The notes below the pieces were generated by a model. It was given only the letters and a program-made list of their open reading frames with translations. It did not search any database and had not been told where the DNA came from. The position numbers were made by a program, and so were the translations under genes. A DNA stretch of 64,000 nt. It comes from Octopus bimaculoides. Taxonomy: Eukaryota. Position 1 is the stretch's first letter. Every line of letters starts with the position of its first letter. The DNA lies in contig NC_068991.1 of NCBI RefSeq assembly GCF_001194135.2, positions 23,221,521 through 23,285,520 on the forward strand. Direction: 5' to 3'. Shown here piece by piece: positions 1-14,200 of this stretch.

Positions 1-130
1 GCTGTAGAAACTCTGCCAAATTAGATTGGAGCCTGGTGTTGCCATCCGGTTTCACCAGTCCTCAGTCAAATCGTCCAACCCATGCTAGCATGGAAAGCGG
101 ACGTTAAACGATGATGATGATGATGATGAT
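1..130 (+). mobile_element. 3' end of RTE-associated retroposon with (GAT)n tail
   Basis: ...cccatgctagcatggaaagcggacgttaaacgatgatgatg; the same sequence recurs at 11120, 13500 and 18105. Confidence 0.8.
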
Positions 131-1032
131 ATATATATGTGTGTGTGTGTGTGTGTTCCTTTCAGTTGAAGTGCGTAGGCTCGAAACGTCAAAGCATTTC
201 TCTATTCCCGAGCGTTAAACTAATACATTCATTTGTTGTTTACACCACCTGTCTTCGTTTGTTGTTTTTTTCGTAAATTCTCCCATATATATATATATGT
301 ATGTGTGTATGATCTATAACAAGAATAAGAATGAAGAAAATTGCATCCTTCATTAGTGATTAAAAGGGATTTATTAACTCCTTTTACTTCTTATTATGTG
401 TATATGTGCATATATATAAACTTAGTGGATGTGACTGAATGCATATTAAATCAAAGTAGTCATCTATGTATCGTACTTAGCATATATTGTTAAGCAAGAT
501 TCTTCGATTTTCATCTGAGATAACATCTCTGAGAGACGTGCTGTGTTGAAAACATATCACATACTAGAGGCAGACAAAAATATCATTCAAGCAGTGAATA
601 ATAAGGATGCCAGATATATTTGAGCCTTTTTTAGGCCTTGCCATTGATGGGTACTCATAGACCCTTACCTAAACAACATCTGTTGCTTCTGGTGTATAGG
701 AATCAATGAATTACACATTTACTTAAGCTGCAAATAGTTGTCAGGTTGAAAAACTCAGTGTATGCAATTGAAAGCCCATGAAATGAAAATTGCCATCTAT
801 GTATCTTACCCGACATATATACACTGTTGACAAGCAAGATCCAAAACATTAAAGCATTCTTTCTCTCTCCCCATTGAAGCAATAAACTATAACATACTTG
901 TCAAGCATTTTTCTTGTGTTGTCCTTTTTGATGGTTATTGTCTTAACACTTGTATATGTGTGTGTGTTTTATATATATGTATGTATGTATGTATATATCT
1001 ATATATGTATATATATATATGTATATATTTAT

Positions 1033-1070
<38 letters not shown>

Positions 1071-1072
<2 letters not shown>

Positions 1073-1482
1073 TCTTTTACTTGTTTCAGTCATCTGACTA
1101 TGGCTATGTTTCAGTCATTTGACTGTGGCCATGTTGGAGCACTGCCTTTTGTCGAACAATTCAACCCCAGAACTTCTTCTTTGTAAGCCTAGTACTTATT
1201 CTATCGATCACTTTTGCCGAACCACTAAGTTATGGGGATGTTAACACACCAACATTGGTTGTCAAGCAATGGTGGGGGGGAACATACACACACACACACA
1301 TATGACAAGCTTCTTTCAGTTTCCATCTACCAAATCCACTCACAAGGCTTTGGTCAGCTCAAGGCTACAGTAGAAGACACTCACCCCAGGTGCCATGCAG
1401 TGAGACTGAACCCAGAACCATGTAGTTGGGAAGCAAGTTTCTTACCACACAATCACACCTGCACCTAGCTATGCCTGCGCCT
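1071..1482 (-). mobile_element. tRNA-derived SINE, family 1 (head, internal (TG)n, atgactgaaacaagtaaaag tail)
   Basis: A/B-box-like head tgtggtaag...ggttcagtc; matches copies at 16350, 30384, 46467, 47038, 52843. Confidence 0.85.
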
Positions 1483-3905
1483 ACACACATACATACACAC
1501 ACACACATGTATGTGTGTTTATATATACATACACACACACACACTTATATATACATACACACATAAGCACATACTCATACATATATATATGTACATACAT
1601 ATATATTTTAGTGTTCCATTATAGGAAGGATCAACAAAGAAGTACTCTGTCTAGTAAGAGGTAACTATCATTTAATATACACAATTAAAAAAAGAGCTAC
1701 TTATAGTCTTCTTTTTGATACATTGATAAAGATAAAGCCACTAAGTTGGCTAGCCATGTATGGGTTCTGAAGATCAACTGCACACCCCATACAATCAAGT
1801 GGAGAATCATGGAGAAATTTACACCCTATATAAATGTAAGTTAAGTGTAGCTGAAATATTACACATTCTTTTGAGATCCAAAGAATTCCACCACACTACT
1901 CAATTCCAAAATGTTTAGCAAATGCATGCACAAGGACAAATTTCTTTTGTCAAACTGGAGATACCACCCTCTTAAGATTGAGTAGCTATCTCACAGGTTT
2001 TAACCTGCACTGTTATATTATTCTAGACCAGCTAGATTAATTGTTATTTCTACAATGGGGACAAAAATCTTGCGTGTGTGTGTGTGAGTGAGAGAGAGAG
2101 AGAAAGAGTTATGTTTGCACTGGTCTAAAAAATAGTGTTGTTGCTTATATTGTTATATTTATGACCCATAACTTAGAGACTCTATTAATAAGGTTTAGTA
2201 AAATACATAGCAGACAGAACATAATTAACTAAACACTTGAAAGCAATGCTCTACTATGGCTGCAGTCCAATGACTTAAACCAGTAAAAGAATAAATGAAT
2301 ATAGCAATTTTTTGTGTCAAAATAATGCTCCCACTTTTTTCTATTCAAGCAACAAAATTCTTTTCAGTTATACAGTGTTTTTGTATGCTCTTTGACTTGC
2401 AGTAAGATATAGGCATTTAATGTAGATGTTGATGGAAAAAAACAAAACAACATATGATTCACAGAAGCCAAGTTTTACATTATGTTGTTCACTGCTTTAC
2501 AGGGAGCAACATAATGTACAATATTGATACCTATGGTTAAGTAACTCTGGTTTTATTGATCTAAGAGCAGAGGAATGCAAAGTCAACCACTGCAGGATTT
2601 GAATATGCACTTATGCTGCACTGGATCAGATACTCTAATATATTTAGGCCATATTATTGGAGCCTAAAATATTGATTTCTTTTGTTTAAGCACGATTAAT
2701 TAATTTTTTTTTTTATCGAGAATGGAGAAATGATAACAATGATGTCATTTTTAGAATCTTTCAATCAACCATGGAAAGGATTAAACACACACTAAATGGT
2801 TTTTTTTATCAAAGTAATGTCCTTTAAACTATTGGGGTGTTGAATATTTCTGAAGACTTCATCACCATGAAGTAATTCTTGGGAGAGCCCTGACAGACAG
2901 ACTAGGAACAATAATTTATGAGCCATAGGTGAGTTTGAGCTCAGGGCTGGAAGCTGAATAAACATGTGTTGATAATACAAGAACTTACTACACATAACAG
3001 TGGACTGTACCACTCTGATAAAGAGTTCTGCCCAAAATGTTTGACTTACCTGCTTCACAACATAGCTTATTCCATTTTTTGAGTGTTTTATATTATTACA
3101 TGGTGACTATTTATCTCTAAGCAGAGAGTTAAGAGCAGCACTGGTAATGGGACATAGGCCTTTGATTCATTGGTGTGTAGGCTGGCATATGTTCATCTGT
3201 CATTTGTTTCTATGGAGACATCTCCATCATTTTAACATCCATTTTTCATGTTTGCACCGGTCAGAGAAGTGTATGCTGGAGTAGTTGCCTTTCCTGTCAT
3301 CAGCCACATCTATTTCCAAGCAAGGTATCAATTCTCCAGTCTATCAAACAACGAACAGCCTAGATACAGTTATGCAGTGAGCTGGAAACAAACAGCACCA
3401 TTTGAACAAGACTTTTGTTTACAAAGATTGCAGAGCATGTCAAAAAGCCTGGATGTGCCCCTTGTGGTTGACTGCAAGCAACGAATTCTGCTTATATGGT
3501 TGTTTGTAGTCAACAAACACACATGTGAAGATGAAGGAAAACATGAACTTACTCACAGAAATACACAATTTCACATAAACACATACATAGATATATGATA
3601 GGCTTATCCAGTTTTTGTTAATTTCACTCACAAGATATGGGGTAACCTGCAGCTATAGTATAGAATGCCAGCAAATGATGTACATGCAGCAGGACTGAAC
3701 CCCTAATCATGTGCTTCTGAAGTGAACTTCTTAACCACACAGCTATGTCTGGCTTTTGATTATGCTTAATGAAAGTTGTAGGGTAGGGAAGATTCTAAGG
3801 TAAATGTATGACACTTTCCAATGTCAGTATTAGAGTTATTGGCTTAAAGCATATAACTGAATATTTGTTATTTATTTTCATTATTGTCATTTATTTTCTT
3901 TGCAG

Positions 3906-4001
3906 CTCGACTTCCCAAGTTCACGTCTAGTAACGGTGATGACAAACAATAAGGAAAAATACCATTGTATTCTACCAGAAGAAAGGCTTATTGAAAACGG
4001 T
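3906..4001 (+). CDS. ERLEC1: ERLEC1 exon ([32 protein letters not shown])
   Basis: ttttcttttgcag acceptor; resembles human YVIMTTAHKEKYKCILP. Donor uncertain: the phase-0 GT after 4001 is required by the next exon. Confidence 0.8.
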
Positions 4002-6868
4002 GTCTGTATTCTGTATTCTTTACATCTTCTAACAACACATTTATCACTATTGATTTTGCTCCTGTGTTCGATGCACTCTCTGTAAATCTACTCAGAGTTC
4101 TTACGTTACAATGCCAGTTGACATCTTTATTCTGTAGTCTTCATAGATTTCTTATCATGCATCTTGTACTAGTGTCCTAGTAAATGCTTCTAATGTTCCA
4201 TACTGTCTCTAAAAGTTTGAGTAAGATGCTATATTTTTAGAAAAGTGTTGTTTACTTGAAACATAGTGGAATATTAAAAAGAAAAATTGTGATTTAGAAA
4301 GCCATAGCAAAGCACTTGGAGAAGATTAAATATGAATTTTAAAAATTACTAAGATTTTATCTTAAGGGTATTTAATATTCTGGTATTTTGGTTAAAAATA
4401 TCCATTTTCCAAGGAGTGAAGAGAATAGGAGAATGCAGTTTAAAGTTTCTATGGAGGTGTTAAGACTACATGTTATTGAACTGTGAAGAAGGTGTGGTTG
4501 TTAAATTGTGGTACATGGGACAAGTCTCGGAGTTCTCTGGCTGGGAATCTATTGTGAGTAGGTACAGGAAGAGCCATATGTTTGTGAGGAGAAAGTGGGG
4601 TAAAATTTGTGTTGCATAGGACTGGTGGAAGGTTTAGATTAGCCATCAGGTTTCCTTCTATTTTAGTCAGTTATTGTTGGCTTGTTTATGTTGTCTAATG
4701 AAAATAGCTTCTGTAATCCACAATCCTGTGTGGCTCTCATAATAACTATGTTTTTCTGACTCCAGCATTTACCTACGTCTTTTTGTCTAATATAGTACAT
4801 GTGTGAAAGGTTTTATTTTTTTATTCACATGTGAAAATGCTGAATCATGATGCTAATGTAACATTCAAAATGCCAGGTACTTGCAGATCAAAGAAGTTAA
4901 TGTTGTTACCATCAGCTAACACTTGAATAAAATTCATTGGCTAATCTAGCCACCATCACTACCTCATCCTTTCTGTACTACACAACTTTTTCCTCATTCT
5001 CTCTTTGTAAACGCATAACCCTTATCCTATCTACTGACAAAACTCTGAGACATACTCCATGCAGTGCAATTTACAACTCCACATTCTTCACACTTCAACA
5101 ACACACAGTCTTATCACTTCACACAGTCTTCAAGCTGACAAGAATCCAGACTCATTCTCCTGACATGTTTGGGTTCTTAGCAGAAGCATTCTCATCACTC
5201 TTGGACAAAGAGTTTTTTCGTTCAAAAATCATTCAGATTATTAAAAGCTTTTAGATAAAAGTATAATGTTTTCATATATTTAACTTTTTCCCAAGTCTAA
5301 TGCTGTAGCTTTCTAAATCATAGTTGTTATTTAATACAATATTCTATGTATCTTGTTCACCTAGCTGTGAGAATTAGGTACCAGAACATCATAAAGAAAG
5401 TTATCCAAGTGAAACACACTCTCATCTGTTGCTTTATTTGTATCTGTTTAATTCCACAGAATCCAAAGTCAAGCATTCAGCCTGTGTTTCTATGTCATTT
5501 ATAAGGAACACCACAGCAATATACCACAAATAAATATGGATGACTTCTGCTTTTGTTATAGTTATAAGTGTAAATGAAGTACAAAACTTATGGAGCTCCT
5601 TACATCATGGTCATAGAGAGCAAACAAGTCCTGAAGCTTTTTACCAAAGGTGGGCACCGTTAATCAAAAAGTTAACTTCATTAACTGTTAAGCTGTTAAC
5701 TAAAAAAGTTAACTTCGATAACCATTAATGAGTTTATTTCCTAATGTTACAGAAGTTATCAATAAACCGTTAAGGTTAATTTTATTATAGAAAAAAAACA
5801 AAAAATCAGTTTTTGCTCTAAAACCACCTAAAAACACCTTTAAAAAGTGCCAAAACTATAAAATCTGTTAACTTCAATTGAATTGAAGTTAACGGAAGTT
5901 AACTCAAGTTGACTTGAGTTAATGGAAGTTAAATGTAACAGAAGTTAATTAATCTGATAATTATTTCCAAAGTTAACTTAAAAGTTAATTTGTTAATGAA
6001 AACGTTAACTTCGTTACTTAACGATTAATGGATTAATTGTTTGGTGCCCAGTTTTGCTTATTACCCCGTGGAAAGTTTTAAAAAAAGCCTTTTAAGAGGT
6101 GCTTTTTTGTAAATGTTAGAAAAATAATCTCTATTGTCTGATATGATTGTGTATTTTATCACTTGTCTTTCTATGTTGGTATGAGTTAGATGTGACAGTA
6201 AATACAAATTTTCCCTAAATGATTCAATGCTTTTATTGATTCTTACTCATGAAATTAGAACATTTGTTATTGGTTAGCCTAAGAAAGTTTGTTATTGGTT
6301 AGCCTAATCTGACTGAGCAGGTCCATGATCTAAGACATTCCAACTTTGATTGCTGTATCTGATTTTTGAAGAGTAGATTATCCAATGTGTCCTATCTTTT
6401 TTTTTATGGTTATTTGAGAGATTTAGCTGCTATTTCTATTAGATCAACTGATCATATAAAGGCTCTCTTGGTTCGTAAATATTATTGTGAACCAGTTGGA
6501 TAACATTTAATTCAGTTTTTTGTTGTGGTTTTTGATTTATTTGATAATTATTTTGTTTCTCAGATTTCCGAAAAAGACCAAATGCTGGAATCATCAGAAG
6601 AACTCATGCAGAAAATGTTCGATAAAAAAATATGTTCATATCGGGTAATTTGACCATGATTTTTCATATTATAAGGCTTGTAGTGTGAGAAAATATCTTT
6701 TCTGTGATACCAAAAAAAAAAAAAAAAATGCAGTTTGACATTCTTTTTGTGAAATTCCTTGTAAATGAGTATGATATTCACTTGTTAGTGAATTACTGGG
6801 CANNNNNNNNNNCTGTTGCACACTTCCCATTATATACAGGAATACCACAAGGCATTTTTTGCCCTCAA

Positions 6869-6915
<47 letters not shown>

Positions 6916-8211
6916 GTTTCAAGTTTTGGCACAAGGCTAGCAATTTCGGGGAGTGGGTAAGTTGATTACATTGACCCCCCTCCCCCCGGTGCTCAACTGG
7001 TACTTATCTTATTAACTCCCAAAAGGATGAAAGATGAAGTAGACCTCAATGAAATTTGAACTCAAAACATAAAGATGGATAAAATGCCACGAAGCATTTT
7101 GCCGTGTGTGCTAATGGTTCACTCAGCTTAATCATCATCATCATCATCATCATCATTTAGCATCCATTTTCCATGTTGGCATAGGTTAGATAGTTTGACT
7201 GGAAATAGTAAGCTGCAAAGCTACACCAAGTTCCAGTTTGTTTTGGCTTGATTTCTATAGCTGGATGTCCTTCCTAATGCCACCCACTCCACAGAGTGTA
7301 CTGGATGCCTGTAACATGTCACTGGCACAGGTGCCTTTTACATCCCACCGGCACTGGCCATGACTACAATTTCATTAAGCTTGATGTGTTTTCTCAAGTA
7401 CTGCAAATCGTCAACAGTCTCGGTCACTTGCCATCATCTATGTGAGACTTAACATCCAATGATCATATTTCACCACCTCATCTGACATCTTCCTGGGTCT
7501 CTTCTTCCACAGGTTCCCTCCACAATTAGAGATCAGCACTTCTTTATGTAGCTGTCCTCATATATACGCAATAATAATAATAACAATAATGACAACAGTG
7601 GTTTCACACTTTGACTGAAAGCTAGCAATTTTAGGAGATGGGGTAAGTTGATTACATCAATCTCAGTGTTGAACTGGTACTTATTTTATCGACCCTGAAA
7701 AAATGAAAAGCAAAGTCAACCTTGGCAGAATTTGAACCCAGAATGTAAAGACAGGGGAAAATACTGCTAAGCGTTTTGTCCAGTATGCTAACAATTCTGC
7801 CAGCTTGCTGTTTTGATAATAATAACAATTATTTCAAATTTTGGCACAAGGCCAGCAATTGTGAGGGGTGGAGAAGTTGATTATATTGACTCTAGTGCTC
7901 AGAATGCAAATAGATCAAACATACTTCAAGGCATTTTGTTCAATGTTTTAATAATTCTTATTTCTTTACTGCCCACAAGGGGCTACACACAGAGGAGACA
8001 AACAAATGGATTAAGTCGATTATATCGACCCCAGTGCGTAACTGGTACTTATTTAATCGACCCCGAAAGGATGAAAGGCAAAGTCGACTTTGGTGGAATT
8101 CGAACTCAGAACGTAGCGGCAGATGAAATACCACTAAGCATTTCGCCCAGCATGCTAACGATTCTGCCAGCTTGCCAATGTTCTAATAATTCTGTTATAA
8201 TAATGATGATG

Positions 8212-8249
<38 letters not shown>

Positions 8250-11200
8250 TTCAAATTTTGTCAGAAGGCCAGCAATTGTAAGGGATGGAGTAAGTTGATT
8301 ACATCAACCCCAGCGTACAACTGGTACTCATTTCATCGACCCTGAAAGGTTGAATGGTAAAGTCAACTTTAGTGGAATTTGAACTCAGAATGTAAAGCTG
8401 AGAGAAATACTGCTAAGCCTTTTGTCTGACATGCTAATGATTCTGCCAGCTCACCACCTTCAATAATAATAATTAGGAGGAGAATTCTTTCTACTATAAG
8501 CACAAAGACTGGTACTTATTTCACTGACCCTGAAAGGACAAAAGGCAAAGTCAGCCTCAGCAGAATTTGAACTCAGAACATAAATTCTGCTAAGCATTTT
8601 GTCAAGCTCAGGGACTGGATCTAAACTGACTGAAACATTACATGACTCTTTTCTCTAGATGAACTATTACTCGAGCTTTTGCTATGGCTGTGGAAATGTT
8701 CTTTGTAGGCCATATGAAGCTGATCAGGTTTATGCTGTTGATGTTGTTTCAATATCTTTAAGTCAATAGTTGTCAAAAAAAGAAAAAAAATGGATAGGAA
8801 GGTATGGGCATAGGGATTAGCGCTAGGCTTAAGGAGGAAGGTACAATATGACTGATGAGAGGAAGAGAATGACAAATGTGTCAGGTGAGTTTTGGTGGAG
8901 GTAGTATGTAGCTATCTAACTCTCAGCAAGCAGAGACAGTTGTAGTAGCAGTAGAAAAGGTAAAGTGAGAAGACAGCATAACCATGAGCAAGAGGTTCAA
9001 ATATGTTGGTGGATGAATGAGTAAGATTCTTTCTTCTGGAATCACTGCCTAGAAATCAAGAAGTGGAAGTCAAATTGCATGTGAAATTTATATATTGTTC
9101 TCATTGTAACATGTCACCATATATGTTGCCCCTTCCCCTGTCCAACAACAGCTTGACTTCTTTAAATGTTCAGCTTCACTCATTGATAACCTGCATATCA
9201 ACGTATTATTTTGATTGCTAATTTTTTCATCCTTCATAGATTGAAAGTTTCTGGACATATGAACTTTGTCATGGGAAATACATGAGGCAATATCACGAAA
9301 GCAAAGATTTAGGCAAGGTAAGTGAACATTTTTGCATTAGAAATTCTTCTATCTCTTCTATGGCTTGAGGTTACAGTGTGTGTTGCAATCGCATGTCAGA
9401 CTGTTATAATGTCTACTCCAGTATAGCAGTACAGTTAGTTAGACAATTAAGATATGACTATATATGACTGACTACCCTGACTGCTCAGTATCACAGTATT
9501 TGTAATGACTAGCACATACCACTCATCACATGGGAGGGGTGTTCCATTATTACTATTATCCCATAACACTATGTGTCGAGCAGAAGTCCTTTGGGCTGCT
9601 CTTAAACATATCTGTATTCACACCACCAAAACTCATAAGGCTGATACTCAACCCCACTTTTTGCAGTATTACGCTAACTCTTTATCTGGTCAAATCTATT
9701 GACAGTAGCTTTTTCTGTGGCAGGAGTTGAATTCAACAGTGTAAGTGAATGACGTGTTGTGTTATTGCTATAGCTTACAATTGATAACTATATCCTCTGT
9801 GATACTTACTTATAGTTTGGTGAGCCAACCAGAGAGCTTCACAGTCATTTGATATGCTACAATATAGCAACCAAATCTCCTTTAAATTGCTCTTTCTTGT
9901 TTTAGATAATCTATGTCTGAATAAAAGAATGAGGTGAGGTAATGGCTGAAATGTTTTTGCTCATAGTTCAGGGCTATCCTAGGCTCAACAGCAAATCTTT
10001 ATTATTCACCTTTGAAAATTTTAAATGTTCATCGATACAATGCAACACCAGTGTCATGACTGAACTGCTGATGTCTTGGCACTCTGATAAGTCAAACATT
10101 TAAGTTTTTGAATGAGTCCCTCACCAACCTATGGCTTATAAGTGCAAAATGTTTATGACAGACGTTTTTTTTGTGTTGCTCTTAAGAACACATCAGAAGT
10201 GGACAAAACACCTTGTGTTATTTGGTTATGTGTTCCTTTATGTTCTGAGTTCAAATATCATCTAGGTCAACTTTGTTTCTTCTTTGAAGGTTGATAAAAT
10301 AAATACCACAAGTTCCGGGTTGATATAATCAACTAAAACCTTCAAGGTGGTACTCCTGTGTAGTCACAATACAATCACTGAAGCAAGTGAATGAATAAAA
10401 GAATTTATTCTATATATGGAATGTGTCACACACAAATCTTAAAATAGTGAAAACTCTTTCATTGACTTCTTATCATGGCTTTACAATTTTTGATAGTTTT
10501 AAAATTATTTATTTTGCACTCCAATCTTATAAATCTCCTTGTACACATGCATCCATGCACATGCATGTGTGCATGCACACGCATGCACACACACGCGTGC
10601 ACACGCACACTATAAGTTCTTGGCTGTTGAAAGAGTAAGACAGCAACTGTAGGTAACTGAAAAGTCATGAGATGTATTTTTGAGTAGAAGTGCTCAGTGT
10701 CTCCTTCACATCTGATTGTGCTTCTTGTGTAGGGAGGTCTAAGAATTCCAAGGTGGAGTCTTTCATCTTCTGATTAACTAATAATATAATAATGCCTTCC
10801 ACACTGCAAGTTTTCTGTTGTGTCTCTAACCTGGACATTTAATTCCATATGTTTCAGTGTACCAAACCTTCAGGGAAACTTTTCATCAAAACACTAGTAA
10901 CTTAACCAAGGGCAAAATTAGGGTCCCTCATACTTTTAATCCAACAGTAATGACTTGTAACCTGTTGTACATAATAACTCTATGAAACCTCCTTGTCTTT
11001 TATAAAAGGTTGTATAAACATTGTCATCATCATGGTAAAATAGGCTTCGAGCTAATAAAAGATTCTTTAAATTCTAATGTACCTACTTAAAAACGGAGGA
11101 ATGTTTTGAATAAAGTAATCATCATCATCATCATCATCGTCGTTTAACGTCCGCTTTCCATGCTAGCATGGGTTGGACGATTTGACTGAGGACTGATGAA

Positions 11201-14200
11201 CCAGATGGTTACACCAGGCTCCAATCTGATTTGGCAGAGTTTTTACAGCTGGATGCCCTTCCTAACGCCAACCACTCCGAGAGTGTAGTGGGTGCTTTTA
11301 CATGCCACTGGCACGAAGGCCAGTCAGGAGGTACTGGCACGAAGGCCAGTCAGGAGGTACTGGCACGAAGGCCAGTCAGGAGGTACTGGCACGAAGGCCA
11401 GTCAGGAGGTACTGGCACGAAGGCCAGTCAGGAGGTACTGGCACGAAGGCCAGTCAGGAGGTACTGGCAACAGCCACGTTCGAAATGGTGTATTTTACAT
11501 GCCACCTGCACACGGGCCAGTTCAGCGGTACTGGCAACGAACTCGCTCGAATGTCTTTTCACGTGCCACTGGCACAAGTGCCAGGAAGGCGATGTTCGTA
11601 ATGGTTATGCTCAAATGGTGCTATTTACATGCCCCGGCACGAAAGCCAGACAGCTGGTGCTCTGGCAACGATCACGCTTGGACGGTGTTCTTAGTGCAAT
11701 ATAAATTAAAATTGTTGATTTGGAACTGGACCTGGGCCTCACAACTGTTAGGCTTTACTAATAAAAATTAAGCTCTATTACTTTTTATGAATTTTTATAT
11801 ATTTGATCCAAAGGTTCAATTTATACCATTGATGACCAATGCACCACTTTGTTAATTCACTGTTTTTTTTTTGCAATTCCTTGTTGTTACAGAAACGACA
11901 GATACAGGAATATTTCCTTGGTTACAATAAAGGATCAAATTTAGAAAGGTCTGGATGTAAGTCAGGTTGCTTTTCTTTTTGCTTTTTTTTTCTTTTCTTT
12001 TGTAAATCTCCCTCATTGGCTCACTTTTGTAATTTTTCTCATCATTTTTATCAACCATTGTCATTATTATTATTGTACCTGTCATGATTATTATCACCAC
12101 TATCATCATCATCATCATCATCATCAATATTTTCATTATATTGACTTTAATTTATAGTATCACTAAATCATTGTTTTTGTTATTATCATCATTAACCTTT
12201 TTTGTTATCTTTTTATTATTGCTACCAATATCATGTTGATTCCTACTCATTAATATCATTAGTATCATTAATATCACCATTCTATCATTAGTATCACCAT
12301 TCCTTCAACCTTAAGCATCATTATCAACTTTTGCCACTATTATCCCCACCATTCACTACACAAATATACCTCCTTTGTGATCATCCCATTTATGAATAAT
12401 ATCACCATCACTAACGCTACTGTCATGAGCCAATGAAGAAGCTACTAGAAATAACAGCTAAATATCCCTCAAATCATATTTTCATGCCAGCAACAAACCT
12501 TGCTATCAATCCATTAAGAACAACACCATCTTCTCTAGCATCTGCCACCATGATTCACTGAAGGAGCCTCTTTGCAGCCATTCAGCCTGCTTGAAATAGC
12601 AGCCAAACCTTTCTCAAATAACTAATATCCCACAGTCTTAAAAAGGTAAAGGTATACTTAGATAATGTAGACCTGAAATAAAGACAGGATAGTCACAACT
12701 TAAATGACTTATACATCTGCTCAATCAGGGTTGACCTGGAGCTAAACAACTGTTAGCAGCATTTGTATCCATTTTCAGGAAGAAATATTACCCTACCTTA
12801 CTTAGAAACAGCTGAAGGTTGGCAACAGAAAGGGCATCCAGCCATAGAAAATTCACTTCCACAAATTCCATATGTCCTAGAAAAGTGGATATTTTAAATA
12901 ATGATGAAACAGTGACATAAACTCTAAAATTCAGTTAGTTCATTGGTAGAGTATTGTATTAACCCCTTCGGTGGAATGACAGACAAAGCTGACTGTAGTG
13001 GGATTTGAACACAGGCATCAATAAATACTACAACACTTTTTATCCATTTCTTTTCTGATGCTGACTCTATCTCTCCATTGTCGTCTTTGTCTCACTCAAA
13101 TAACAGCTTAACTTTGGACAATGCTTGTCACAACTGAAGTTTGAAACTGTCGGCCTGATGTAAGAAAGTTATCTATACAACCATCTTTATGCCTCTTTAA
13201 TTGCTCACTCGATGATTTCCAAGAATAACATGAATTTTATGTTGCTTTTTAGTGAAGCAAAATTAAGTTGTTCCTCTTCTTTTTATTGTTTCCAAAGTAT
13301 TTTTATCCCTCTTGATACAACCCCTTGAGACCAGCCCTGTTTCAGTGAGTTTTTTATTTTAAAGTGATCCAAATTGAAACTTTCCTTAAAATTTCACATT
13401 AATTTGTTGCAAACTCCAGCTTAATAATTGCAAAAATTATTTTACTAAATTCTTCATTATTTTCAAAATTTAATTGAAACAAAATAAAGTATTCAGAGAT
13501 CATCATCATCATCATCATCATCATTATCATTTAACGTCCACTTTCCATGCTAGCATGGGTTGGACGATTTGACTGAGGACTGGCAAGCCAGATGGATGCC
13601 CTTTCTAACGCCAACCACTCAGAGAGTGTAGTGGGTGCTTTTATGTGCCACTGGCACGAGGGCCAGTGACACGGTACTGGCAACGGCCACGCTCAAAAAG
13701 GTGTTTTTTACGTGCCACCTGCACGAGAGCCAGTCCAGCGGCACTGGCAACAACCTCGCTTGAATGATTTTCTAACATGCCACCAGCACAAGTGCTAGAA
13801 GGCAACACAGGTAACGATTACACTCTAATGGTGTTATTTACGGGCCACTAGCACGGAAGCCAGACAGCTGCTCTGGCAATGAACACGCTCGACAGTGCTG
13901 TTAGTGCTCCACTGGCGTGGTGACCAGTCATCGAGTATGGTTAAAGTGATCTAAATTAATACCTTCTTATATCAGAATTTCATGTTAATTTATGTTTTAA
14001 ATACCAGGTTAATAATGACAGTTATTTTACTAAATTATTCATTATTTTCAAAATTAACTGAAACAAAGGCAGTGTATTTTAACAGAAATATGGTAACAAA
14101 AAGGTTAATGCACCAGTCAGATACTAGAGTCGATACTATCGACTCCTCTCAAGACTGTTGGTCTTGTACCTAAACCTCTCTCTCTCTCTCCACACACACA

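Noticed and set aside
150-215. Second hammerhead-like motif (ttgaagtgcgtaggctcgaaacgtc)
   Set aside because: Core is degenerate (TTGAAGT) and stem I does not pair in register; probably a decayed Penelope-type end.
2792-3058. ORF with a signal-peptide-like stretch (MAHKLLFLVCLSGLSQELL) as ERLEC1 exon 1
   Set aside because: Wrong strand for ERLEC1 and lacks the W-P-G motif; no supporting splice chain.
4440-5200. Two inverted, loosely similar repeat relics as a dsRNA pair
   Set aside because: Similarity is low by eye, so stable pairing is doubtful, and the family could not be identified.
11231-11771. ORFs of 99-159 aa with repeated peptides, and a CRISPR-like look
   Set aside because: They are translations of a 26-bp tandem repeat with no spacers, inside a eukaryotic retroposon.
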